Below, piece by piece: positions 1 through 9,700 of a DNA stretch of 64,000 bases; the first letter of the stretch is position 1; each line of letters opens with the position of its first letter. The notes under the pieces are model-generated. The model ran no database searches. It worked only from the letters and a program-made list of their open reading frames with translations, and had not been told where the DNA came from. Source of the DNA: an uncultured bacterium (lineage in GTDB: Bacteria > Verrucomicrobiota > Verrucomicrobiia > Limisphaerales > UBA8199); the NCBI GenBank assembly GCA_963749495.1, contig CAVVMW010000006.1:1-64000 (forward strand). Direction: 5' to 3'. The translations under genes and the position numbers were made by a program.

Positions 1-108
1 GCCCTCTGAGCAACTACACTGAAAGGGTTGTATCCCTGCTGAAACCCTTTCAGGGTTTGCAGCGGTTAGGCGGCTAACCCAGGGTAGCGCGTTCCGCGCA
101 ACAGAAAA

Positions 109-206
109 AGGAATGTAGAGAACGCGGGGGCGAGATAAGGCGGGACTCGGGAATACAGAAGTGACTTTGGAGAAGTTGGGTCCGCCCCCGTGTTCTCTAC
201 ATTCCT
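109..206. repeat. 24-bp inverted repeat at the left end of the IS91-like element
   Basis: 109-132 AGGAATGTAGAGAACGCGGGGGCG pairs with 183-206 at 23 of 24 positions. Confidence 0.85.
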
Positions 207-495
207 GGGTTGAACGAAGCCGCGGCCCAAGGTTCGTTGGGCCATCCTTGGGGGTACTGCGGAAAGTCCTGGATTTGCCTTTGACTACGGTCTGCGGTCG
301 AGGCTTTTGGGGACGGGCCAGAGCCGTGCCAACCTGCGCCAGTCCCGGTGCTGACGGGGCGGCAGCGTCGTCGAGGCTCCGGGATCGGCCACTGGCCAGT
401 TGGGACGCTCAAGCGGGTGCCACGCGAACAAAGCGCGGGGGTGGGAGTTGGCCCCCCAGCCGGAACGAGCAGTGAGGTGGTCCAGGGCGTAGTTT

Positions 496-1737
496 TCATG
501 GCGGCCTGATGGTGCGGCGGACGCCGACGGGGGAGCCGTCGGGCAAGGAGATGACCTTTTGTCCTGGGCGCCAGGAGCCGACCAGGACCAGCCCGGTGCC
601 ACAATGCGGACAAAGCAGGCCTGCCTGCCGGACAGGCAGGGGTGTGGGCTGGGCGCAGACTCCTTGAGCGGCCAAGGGCGGGTCAGTCGGCGGGCTGGAG
701 GTCGGAGGCTGCCAAGCGGCTTTCTCGGCCGCGGAGAGTAAGGGCGGTATTTTGAGCAGGGCTCGGACGCGGTTGAACTGGGCGCGGCCCCCGGGATGGA
801 GCCAGCCAAAGCGGCGGACCCGATGGAATCTGAGCGGCAGGACGTGCTGGAGGAAGCGGCGGAGGAACTCGAAGGGGGCCATGTCCATGTGGCCCCAAGC
901 CCCCGTGGCACTGTGGCGGAAGGGCCAGCGCAAGCGTCCGTCAGGCAGCAATTGGAGTTGGCGATTGCCGGTGGCGGTTTTAAACACGTAACGGCTGAGG
1001 TAGCGCAACGCGTTTTGGCCCCTGCCGACAGCAGCGCTGTGAACGACCCAGCGTTGCTGCCAGACTTTGGCCGGCAGGAGGGCAAGGGCCTCGGGCATCT
1101 GCTTTTGGAGTGCCGCCTGGTAAAGCGTGCGGCAGCGATCGCTCAGGGCTTTGACCGGCAACAGGAACCGAGGGCGGCTGGAGATCCACTGGCGCTGATC
1201 TGGGCTGAGGCCGCCGCCGGGGACCAGGTAGTGGACGTGGGGATGGTATTCGAGGGTGCGCGTCCAGGTGTGGAGCACCCCCAGCATACCGAGGGTGGCG
1301 CCGAGGCGTTTGGGATTTTGAGCCAGATCCTGCAGGGCCTGGGAACTGGCGGCCAGGAGCAGGTCATAGCCCTTTTGGGGGTGAGAGCGAATCCAGCGGC
1401 GCAAGCCTTCGGGCACGGTGAAGGTGAGCAGGAAATAGTTCACCGGCAGCAACAGGGCGGTATTCTCATCGAGCCACTGCTGGGCATCCTGGCCGCCGCA
1501 CTGCGGACAGTGCCGGTCGTTGCAGGAGTGGTAGCTGAAGTGGCGGTGGTCGCACTTGGGGCAATAGTACATCGCCCCGCCCAGGGCCGCGGTGCGGCAA
1601 ACCAAAAGGTTTTGCAGCACCTGGCGCTGGCGGGTGGGCATGGCAGCTCCGAACTGCTCCAGATAGGCCGGAGCCCATCGGCACAACACGTCGTGGACGG
1701 ATAAGGAGCTGCCGCTGCGCTGAGCGGCTGCGGCCAT
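496..1737 (-). CDS. IS91-family rolling-circle transposase
   Basis: Zn-binding CPKC...HSCNDRHCPQC, HUH motif HPHVHYL, Y2 motif RYLSRY, FLRRFLQHVLP, C-terminal CPHCG. Confidence 0.93.
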   Translation of the reverse strand: MAAAAQRSGSSLSVHDVLCRWAPAYLEQFGAAMPTRQRQVLQNLLVCRTAALGGAMYYCPKCDHRHFSYHSCNDRHCPQCGGQDAQQWLDENTALLLPVNYFLLTFTVPEGLRRWIRSHPQKGYDLLLAASSQALQDLAQNPKRLGATLGMLGVLHTWTRTLEYHPHVHYLVPGGGLSPDQRQWISSRPRFLLPVKALSDRCRTLYQAALQKQMPEALALLPAKVWQQRWVVHSAAVGRGQNALRYLSRYVFKTATGNRQLQLLPDGRLRWPFRHSATGAWGHMDMAPFEFLRRFLQHVLPLRFHRVRRFGWLHPGGRAQFNRVRALLKIPPLLSAAEKAAWQPPTSSPPTDPPLAAQGVCAQPTPLPVRQAGLLCPHCGTGLVLVGSWRPGQKVISLPDGSPVGVRRTIRPP

Positions 1738-1748
1738 TGAGAGGCCGC

Positions 1749-2639
1749 CTAGAGGTCGCCCATGAATTTGTTAATGCGCTGCTGGTGCTGAGTCTGACAG
1801 AGGGTGGTTAAGTGGGTATAGATGACGGTGGTGACGGGGCTGTGATGGCCGAGGTTGACCTGCAATTGGCGGAGGTTTTCGCCTTGCTCCAGCAGGTGGG
1901 TGGCATAGCTGTGGCGCAGCGTATGAATGTGGGCGGCCTTCCTGATGCCGCTGGCGCGCAGGGCCCGGCGGAAGGCTTGTTGCAGCGTGCTGCGGTCCAT
2001 GGGCTCTGTGGCGGTAGCAGCGCCCAGACCGCTGTGGCCTTTAGCTGGGAAGAGCCATCGTGGATGGCGGTGGCTGCGCCAGAGGCTCGCGCAGCAGTTC
2101 GAGCGTGCGCTGGGGCAAGGGCACGTAACGGTTGCGGTTGCCTTTGCCCGCCCGGATGTGGAGGAACATCCGTTGGGAATCGATGTCGCCGACTTCCAGG
2201 TTGACGGCTTCGCCCAAGCGCAGGCCACAGGAGTAGATCGTTGTCAGGGCGACCCGATGGTCCAGAGGGGCAACCCGGGCGATAATTGTGCGCACCTCGG
2301 CGGCCGAGAGGATAACTGGCAGCTTGAATTGGGGTGTGGCGCGCACAAACTCCAGTTCCGCCGGCCAGGGCCGCTGGAGGGTTTTCTCCCAGAAGAGTTT
2401 GATGGCACACAAAGCCTGCGTGGAGGTTTGGCGGGCCAAGTGCCGCTGGGTCTTGAGATGGATGAAATACTGGCGGAGTTCCTCGGCGCTGACCAAGTCG
2501 GGCGAGCGCTCAAAGTGATCGGAGAGTTGGCGCACACAGACCCAGTAGATCTCTTGGCTTCGGGGCTGGAGCGGCAGCAGAATCAGGTCATCGGCAAAGC
2601 GGTTCAGGATTGCGTGAGGAGAACTTTTTTTATATGCAT
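1749..2639 (-). CDS. Tyrosine recombinase/integrase (frameshifted as sequenced, near 2625 and 2085)
   Basis: [32 protein letters not shown] and IYTHL are split across ORFs 2041..2808 and 1749..2228. The ATG at 2639 is out of frame by one A in an A7 run. Confidence 0.9.
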
Positions 2640-2945
2640 AGCTGCGGTACAGATTAATGTTGACGGTTTGCCGTGCGTCAGTGCATGGCGAACCGTCATC
2701 AGTCTGTGGGAGTCCCGGCCATAGGCCAACGCAAAACCAGCCCTCCAGCCTGCGAACTGCGGAGCCGCAGCAGTTCCGTCTTCTCCGCCGCGTAGCGGCT
2801 TCGTTCAACCCTGGGCTGAGTGATCAGAAGCCCTTCGGGCTACTGAGCGGGGTCCCGCGGTCTTGTCTTGCGAGGTGGTACCCGCCAGATGCGCCCCGCC
2901 TGCCCGCAGCGATCGGCCCGAAATCGCAAAGTTTCCTCCCGGACA

Positions 2946-2974
2946 TGACACTTTTTGTCCCCGGATTTCGTATG
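2946..2974 (+). promoter_or_regulatory. Putative ECF promoter, motif A copy 1
   Basis: TGACAC-TTTTTGTCCCCGGATTT-CGTATG; the same 29-bp layout recurs at 4138 and 6737. Confidence 0.7.
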
Positions 2975-3057
2975 GATGAGTGAGCTTGATAGCTCAAATA
3001 AGGCAAAGCTGCCAACACAAAGAAACAATAACGGTAAGATCGAACACAGGAGACATT

Positions 3058-4107
3058 ATGAAACAGACACAAGACATCCGCACGAAAACACGGGTTGGGT
3101 CCGCCCTGGCGGACGGAGCCGCTGCGTTGCCGGCCCGCCGGGGACTGGTTTTCGGTGCAGGGTTGTTGCCAAAGGCCGGGGTCGTCGCCATGTTGCTGGG
3201 CTTGCCCCTGGGGGCAAGTTTGCTCACAGCAGCGGAAAAACCGGACCAACCGCAATACCGGTTCACCGAAATTACGCTGCCCGGCCCGGGGCTGGCTTAC
3301 GGGGTCAACAACCACGGGCTCGTCACAGGAGCCTACAGCGATCCGGTGACGGGTGGCTGGTCAAGCTTCCTGTTCAAACGCGGCGTGCTGACCGCTGGCA
3401 TCTCTGCCCCTGGGGCCACGTACACTTTCCTGGGCCCGGCCAACAACCAGGATGTGGAGAGCGGGAACTATGGCAGCCTGACCGAGCAGCAAGCCGTCCT
3501 GCACGACATTCGCCGCGGAACCTATACTCCGCTCCCGGAGATCACGGGCAAGCCCATCAACTTCGCCAACAGCATTAACGACGCCGGCCATGTCGTTGGC
3601 CTCGCGTTCGCACCAGGCTTTACTGCCCTTGACGTGGGCATATACGACCTCGGGATGAATTGGTTCTGGGATGGCAGGCATTATTCCTTCATCACTGTCC
3701 CGGGTGCGGACGGTGGGGCGTGGGTCGGCGGCATAAACAATCGGGACCAGATAAGCGGCTACTACGCGGACAGCTCCGGCTACTGGCACGGCTTCGTCAA
3801 GGATGGCCCGCACTTCACGACCTTCGATGTGCCCGGAGCAGACTATACCCTTGTCAGCGGCATCAACAATGACGGCGTGGTGACGGGCGGTTATGCAGGC
3901 GCGGACGGCGTGCCCCATGGGTACACCTGGTTCGCCGGCCAGGCGGTCACTGTGGATGTGACCATCGGCGGGGCGATCGTGACCGAGTGGTACGCTATCA
4001 ATGACCACGGAGACCTCGCCGGCGTGTATTTTGACACCGCCTTCGCACAACATGCGGTGATCGCCGAGCGCGTGGACGGAGACGAGGACGAGGGCGGAGG
4101 AGAATAG
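3058..4107 (+). CDS. Secreted HAF-like repeat (beta-propeller) protein, paralog 1
   Basis: AGGAG RBS before the ATG at 3058; long signal-like N-terminus; repeated G(I/V)N(N/D)xGx(V/I)xG units. Confidence 0.8.
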   Translation: MKQTQDIRTKTRVGSALADGAAALPARRGLVFGAGLLPKAGVVAMLLGLPLGASLLTAAEKPDQPQYRFTEITLPGPGLAYGVNNHGLVTGAYSDPVTGGWSSFLFKRGVLTAGISAPGATYTFLGPANNQDVESGNYGSLTEQQAVLHDIRRGTYTPLPEITGKPINFANSINDAGHVVGLAFAPGFTALDVGIYDLGMNWFWDGRHYSFITVPGADGGAWVGGINNRDQISGYYADSSGYWHGFVKDGPHFTTFDVPGADYTLVSGINNDGVVTGGYAGADGVPHGYTWFAGQAVTVDVTIGGAIVTEWYAINDHGDLAGVYFDTAFAQHAVIAERVDGDEDEGGGE

Positions 4108-4137
4108 GACGAGGCCGACCATGCCGTCCTGCGGACA

Positions 4138-4166
4138 TGACACTTTTCGTCCCCGGATTTCGTATG
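4138..4166 (+). promoter_or_regulatory. Putative ECF promoter, motif A copy 2
   Basis: TGACAC-TTTTCGTCCCCGGATTT-CGTATG. Confidence 0.7.
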
Positions 4167-4238
4167 GGTGAGTGAGCCTGTTAGCTCAACAAAAGAAAAA
4201 CTGTAAACAAAACAAACAAATAACAAGAAGAAAACATT

Positions 4239-5277
4239 ATGAAACAAACAAGAATACAAGACATCAGCAGCGGGATACGGCCCGGGTCCGCGCTGCCGGT
4301 TCGCCCGGGGCGGGCTTTCGGTGGAGGATTATTGCCGAAGGCCGGGGTTTCCGCCTTGCTGCTGGGCTTGTCCTTGGGAGCGAGTCCGCTCATCGCGGCG
4401 GAAAAATCCGACCAACCGCAGTACCGGTTCACGGAAATTGCGCTGCCCGGTCCGGGGGGGGTGGCTTACGGCATCAACGACCACGGGCTCGTCACCGGAG
4501 CCTACCCCGATCCCGCGACGGGTGACTTCTTGAGCTTCGTGTTCGAGCGCGGCGCGGTGACCACTGGCATCGCTGGCCCTGGGGCCACGGACACGTTCCT
4601 CGGCCCGGCCAACAACCGGGACGTGGAGAGCGGCAACTATGGCGACTTCACCACTCAGCGACCCGTGCTGCACGACCTACGCAGCGGAACCTATACTCCG
4701 CTCCCCGAGATCCCGGGTTTGCCCCTCAACTTCGGCAACGGCATCAATGACGCCGGCCATGCCGTGGGCACCGCGTACGAAGGAGGCGATTTCAACAACG
4801 GGGGCACTGGGCTCGAGGCAGAATTGGATCTGGGATGGCAGGGACTATGACTTTTTCACTCTCCCGGTCCCGAACCAGTGGTCGTATAGCACCGGCATCA
4901 ACAATCGGGACCAGGTAAGCGGCTATTACCTCGACGACTCCACCGGCTTGCCGCACGGCTTCTTGAAAGATGGACCGAACTTCACGACCTTGGATGTGCC
5001 CGGAGCCTTCTATACCGTGGCCGGCGGCATCAACAATCTCGGCGTGGTGGTCGGCCTTTGGGTGGGCACGGACGGCGGCCACCATGGGTACTTCTGGTCC
5101 CAGGGCACATTCGTCACTGTGGATGCGGACATCCCCGGCGCGCTCGGGACCGAGTGGATCGGTCTCAATGACCACGGAGACCTCGCCGGCCTTATTTGGG
5201 AAACCCCTGGCCATACACCACACGCGGTGATCGCCGAGCGCGTGGACGGAGACGGGGAGGGTGGCGACCGAGAATAG
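4239..5277 (+). CDS. Secreted HAF-like repeat protein, paralog 2 (frameshift near 4815)
   Basis: ORFs 4239..4850 and 4639..5277 together align end to end with paralog 1 (QPQYRFTEI...HAVIAERVDGD). Confidence 0.8.
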
Positions 5278-5526
5278 GACAATGCGGACCATGCCGCCTT
5301 GCGTGGCCGGTCCCCTCGCCGGTCGTCGGCGACCCTTGCAGCCCTGGCCCTGTGGCACAAAGCCGCAGGGCCAGTCTTTTCGCACGCTGCGAGCGCTTGG
5401 GGCTTCCCAGCCCTGCCCCCTCGGGGGCGCCCTTCCTCGGGCTGAAAGCCGGAAATGTGACAGCCTGGGCTGGAGCGCGCTTGCGCGCGGAGGCCCAGGT
5501 CACCGGGCCACAACGGCCGCGCGCCC

Positions 5527-5713
5527 TGTAAGAATTCCCCGAACGAATTCGCGCTTTGCGCCCCTGAACCTCGACACTGCGTTCCCGTCCCGCGAAGCGT
5601 TTTGGAGTGCGGCAGTCCTCTGCCGCTTTTGTGTCCCCTCGGTGCCGACGCGAAAGCGGCAGAGGACTGCCGCAGTCCAAAACCTTCGGACTTGGGGTCG
5701 GTTCATGGAGAGG
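5527..5713. repeat. 187-bp MITE/REP-like element, copy 1
   Basis: Internal palindrome TTTTGGA(G/C)TGCGGCAGTCCTCTGCCGCTTT...AAAGCGGCAGAGGACTGCCGCAGTCCAAAA; near-identical inverted copy at 33639-33825. Confidence 0.9.
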
Positions 5714-5965
5714 GCGCCATAAGGTCCCGGCCTTGCAGGCCGGGGCTTTCCGAAGGGCGCTGGCTCACCCGGGCCTCCGCTCCGCTCCAGCCCGGGCTAT
5801 CACATGGCGGGCCTTCGGCCCTGGGGCGCTCCCCGAGCGGCCGGCGCGGGCGCGTTGCGCCCTCGCCCCGCCCCATGGGCGGGCCAGTGCGGGGACGCGC
5901 TTCGTGTCCTTCGTGACCCGGCAGTTAACTAGCGTCCGCCATGAAAAGGTGGTATTATACCCCTC

Positions 5966-6529
5966 ATGAGCGACGCCACTGGGATTCTCGAAGCGCTGGC
6001 GCGCGGCGAGCGCGCGTCCGCGGACGACTTGCTGCCGCTGGTTTACCAGGAGCTGCGCAAATTGGCCGCGCACCAGATGGCGGGCCAGGCGCCCGGGCAC
6101 ACCCTCCAGCCCACGGCCCTGGTTCACGAGGCCTGGTTGCGGCTGGCCGGCAGCGAGCCGGGCCGATTCGCCGGGCGCGCTCATTTCTTCGCGGCCGCCG
6201 CGGAGGCCATGCGGCACATCCTCATCGATTCGGCGCGGCGAAAACACGCTGCGCGCAACGGGGGCGGGCAGGTGCGCGTGGACCTCGAGGCGGTGGAAAT
6301 CGCTTCCCCGGCGGACGACGACGAACTGCTGGCGGTTCACGAGCACCTCGACAGGCTGGCCGCCGAGGACCCGCAGAAAGCCGAATTGACCAAGTTGCAT
6401 TATTTTGCCGGCATGACCTTCGAGGAAGCGGCCGAAGTCCTGGGCATCTCCGTGGCCACGGCCAAACGTCACTGGGCTTATGCCCGCGCCTGGCTTTACG
6501 AGGAAATGCAGGCCAGCCGCGCCAAGTAA
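5966..6529 (+). CDS. ECF sigma-70 factor (TIGR02999-like, kinase-associated)
   Basis: LLPLVYQELRKLAA...HTLQPTALVHEAWLRL, FFAAAAEAMRHILID, region 4 ATAKRHWAYARAWL. Confidence 0.93.
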   Translation: MSDATGILEALARGERASADDLLPLVYQELRKLAAHQMAGQAPGHTLQPTALVHEAWLRLAGSEPGRFAGRAHFFAAAAEAMRHILIDSARRKHAARNGGGQVRVDLEAVEIASPADDDELLAVHEHLDRLAAEDPQKAELTKLHYFAGMTFEEAAEVLGISVATAKRHWAYARAWLYEEMQASRAK

Positions 6530-6530
6530 G

Positions 6531-6674
6531 TGGAGCCTGTCCCAAAGGCTCTGATTCCGGTCCTTTGTCGCAGCCTTTGTCGAGACCTTTGTCGTGAAAT
6601 CGCCAATCCGACAAAGGTCTCGACAAAGGCTGCGACAAAGGTCCCCCACTCGCAGGGTTTTGGGACAGGCTCCA
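6531..6674. repeat. MITE-like element with 16-bp terminal inverted repeats
   Basis: TGGAGCCTGTCCCAAA (6531-6546) and TTTGGGACAGGCTCCA (6659-6674); three internal CTTTGTCG copies mirrored by three CGACAAAG. Confidence 0.8.
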
Positions 6675-6736
6675 GGTGGGTCGCTTTGCGCAGGCGGCCC
6701 GGTTGGGTGTCCGGGAGCAACGATTATTCGTCCCGA

Positions 6737-6765
6737 TGAGCCTTTTTTCGCGCGGATTTCGTATG
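6737..6765 (+). promoter_or_regulatory. Putative ECF promoter, motif A copy 3
   Basis: TGAGCC-TTTTTTCGCGCGGATTT-CGTATG, ending 20 bp upstream of the kinase ATG. Confidence 0.7.
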
Positions 6766-6785
6766 CTGATTAGAGTCCATACGCC

Positions 6786-9700
6786 ATGAGAAACTCCCGC
6801 AAACCGGCTGGGGCCATCTTCGACGCGGCGCTCGAATTGCCTCCGGAGCAGCGGGCGGCCTACCTGGAGGAGGCCTGCTCGGGCGACGACCCATTGCGCC
6901 GCCGCGTCGAGGCCTTGCTCCGGGCCCACGAGACGGCGGGAAAGTTCATGGGCAAGCCGGCCCTGGGGCCCGCGCCGGAAATCGAGCCTGTCAGGCCCAC
7001 CGAGCAACCTGGGGACCGGATTGGCCGCTATAAGCTGCTCGAGAAAATCGGGGAAGGCGGTTGCGGTGCGGTTTATATGGCCGAGCAGGAGGAACCGGTC
7101 CGGCGCCGCGTGGCCCTGAAGGTCATCAAGCTGGGCATGGACACCCGGCAGGTCATCGCCCGGTTCGAGGCCGAGCGCCAGGCCCTGGCGCTGATGGACC
7201 ATCCAAATATCGCGAAGGTTCTGGACGCCGGGGCGACCGAGACAGGGCGGCCTTACTTTGTCATGGAACTGGTGCGCGGCATCAAGATCACCGATTACTG
7301 CGACCAGAACCACCTCGCGACCCACGAACGGCTTGATCTTTTCATTCAGGTTTGCCGGGCCATCCAGCACGCGCACCAGAAAGGCATCATTCATCGGGAC
7401 ATCAAGCCCTCGAACATCCTGGTCACCCTGAATGACGGCGTGCCCTTGCCCCAGGTGATTGACTTTGGAATTGCCAAAGCGACCCAAGGCAAATTGACCG
7501 ATCAAACCCTCTTCACCGCCTTCGAGCAATTCATCGGCACACCCGCTTACATGAGTCCCGAGCAGGCCGAGTTGAGCGCGCAGGACATTGACACGCGTAG
7601 CGACATCTACAGCCTGGGCGTGTTGCTCTACGAATTACTGACCGGCCAGACGCCTTTTGACGCCAAGGAGTTGCTGCAAGCGGGCCTGGACGAAATCCGC
7701 CGAACGATTCGGGAGAAGGAGCCGGCGCGTCCCTCGACCCGCTTGAGCACGATGCTCGGCGCCGATCTGACGGCCATAGCCAAACACAGAAACATCGAGC
7801 CGCCCAGGCTGATCCACCTGGTGCGCGGGGACCTGGATTGGATCGTGATGAAAACGTTGGAAAAGGATCGCACTCGCCGTTACGAGACCGCCAATGGTTT
7901 GGCGGCGGATATTGGGCGGCATCTGCGTCATGAGCCGGTGACCGCCGCGGCGCCAAGGGCGCTTTACTCGGCGGGAAAGTTTATCCGCCGCCACAAGGCC
8001 GGATTGGCTACGGCTGGCGCGCTCCTGGGGTTGCTGGGTGCGGGCGCCGTTGTGAGCGCCTGGCAAGCGGTGCGGGCGACGCGGGCGGAGCGTGCCCAGA
8101 GGCTGCTGCGCCAGCAGGCTGACCTGCTGCGTACGAAGGCCGAGGATCAAGCCGATCAAATCGGGCGCCAACTCTACGCCTCAGACATGAACGTCGCGTT
8201 CCAGGCCTGGGAGAAAGGGGACCCCGCCCGTGTCGAGCAACTCCTGGAGGAACACCGGCCAAAAACCGGCCAAGAGGACTTGCGCGGGTTCGAATGGTTC
8301 CACTTATGGCGGCTGTGTCATTCCGACCTGCTGACTTTTGACGAGCAGGGCGCCACGATGCGCTGTGTGACATTCTCCGCGGATGGCCGTTTGCTGGCCG
8401 CGGCCGGCGATGATTCCACGGCCCGGATTTGGGACGCCAACACGGGCAAGGCGTTGCGCGTTCTAACCGGGCATGGCGGCGGCGCCAACTCGGCCGCTTT
8501 TGCGCCCAACGGAAAAATGCTGGCAACGGGCGGCACCGACCGGACCGTCAGACTATGGGATACGGAAACCGGGGAACAACTGGCCGTTTTGCGCGGGCAC
8601 AAACATGGCGTTACTGCGGTTGCGTTCGGTGCTGATGGAAAATGGCTGGCCTCCGGTTCCGGCAACGTGGCGAGCGGCGGAAGCCACAATCCATCTGACC
8701 AATACGTCAATTCCGCATCGCTGTCCGCGGAAATCAGAGTTTGGGACCTGGAAAAGCGGAACCTCCTCATGACGTTAACCGGCCACAATAAGAGCATTCT
8801 TTCGCTGGCCAGTTCGCCCGATGGCAAGCGGCTGGCGTCCGGCAGCGCTGATGGCACCGTAAAACTCTGGACGGCCGCTACGGGAAAAATGGAGGCGAAC
8901 TTGACCGCCCTCCAGGGTCCGGCATTCGCAGTCGGCTTTTCACCCGGTGGAGAGACCTTGGCCGTGGGCACCGGCGACCTTTACCGGCAACAAGGGGAGG
9001 TCAGGCTTTGGGATGTGGCGTCTGGAAATCAACGAGCCATCCTCAAGGGACACGTCGGTCCCGTTTTTGCGCTCGCGTTTTCGCCTGACCGTGAAACGTT
9101 CGCTTCGGCTGGATTGGACCAGATCGTCAGATTCTGGAACCTCGCCACTGGGGATGAAGTGGGGAGCCTCAGGGGCCATAAGGGATCAGTTTGGTCGCTT
9201 TCATACGACGCCTCCGGCAAAAGGCTCGCCACTGCCAGTTGGGATCAGACGGTCAAGGTCTGGGATTCCGGGCAGCCGCAGGGTATGATGGTGTTGCCGG
9301 GCGCGGGGGGTTATTCCGGCTGTTTTTCACCCGGTGGAAAATTCTTCATCATGGGCGGAAGCCGCCTGGGAGTCTTTGACCTCGCCGGAGGCAAAGAACC
9401 GTTTATCCTTCCGGATTACAAAACCGAGGACTTGATTGTCGCCATGTCACCGGATGGATCGACCCTGGCCTCGGCCGGCATCGATGGGATGGTGACTCTC
9501 TGGGAAGTGGGAACCTGGCGGCGGCTGGCCACCCTGAAAGGCCACACGGATAAAGTCTGGTTCCTGGCCTTTTCCCCCGATGGCCGAACGCTGGCCAGCG
9601 ATGACGACGAGACCGTGCGGCTGTGGGACGTCCGGGCTCATACTCAGCGCGCCGTCTTCCACCCTGCGAGAGGCTGGGGCCCAATGTTTTTTACCCGGGA

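Larger units (their letters stand above)
103..2809 (-). mobile_element. IS91-like element encoding a tyrosine recombinase and a Y2/HUH transposase
   Basis: Two-gene cassette bounded by CAAC at 99-102 and 2806-2809. Removing it rejoins a hairpin (CCCAGGGT-A-GCGCG-TTC-CGCGC-A-ACCCTGGG). A 17-bp inverted repeat lies at 207-223 and 2795-2811. Confidence 0.75.

Noticed and set aside
1749..2639. Integrase as an integron integrase with a cassette array
   Set aside because: It is coupled to an IS91 transposase, shows no obvious IntI-specific insertion, and has no adjacent attC array.
6222..7529. Long antisense ORFs (e.g. 6222..7529, 23325..24575, 38464..40038, 41928..43466)
   Set aside because: They are shadows of well-supported genes on the opposite strand in GC-rich DNA and carry no motifs of their own.
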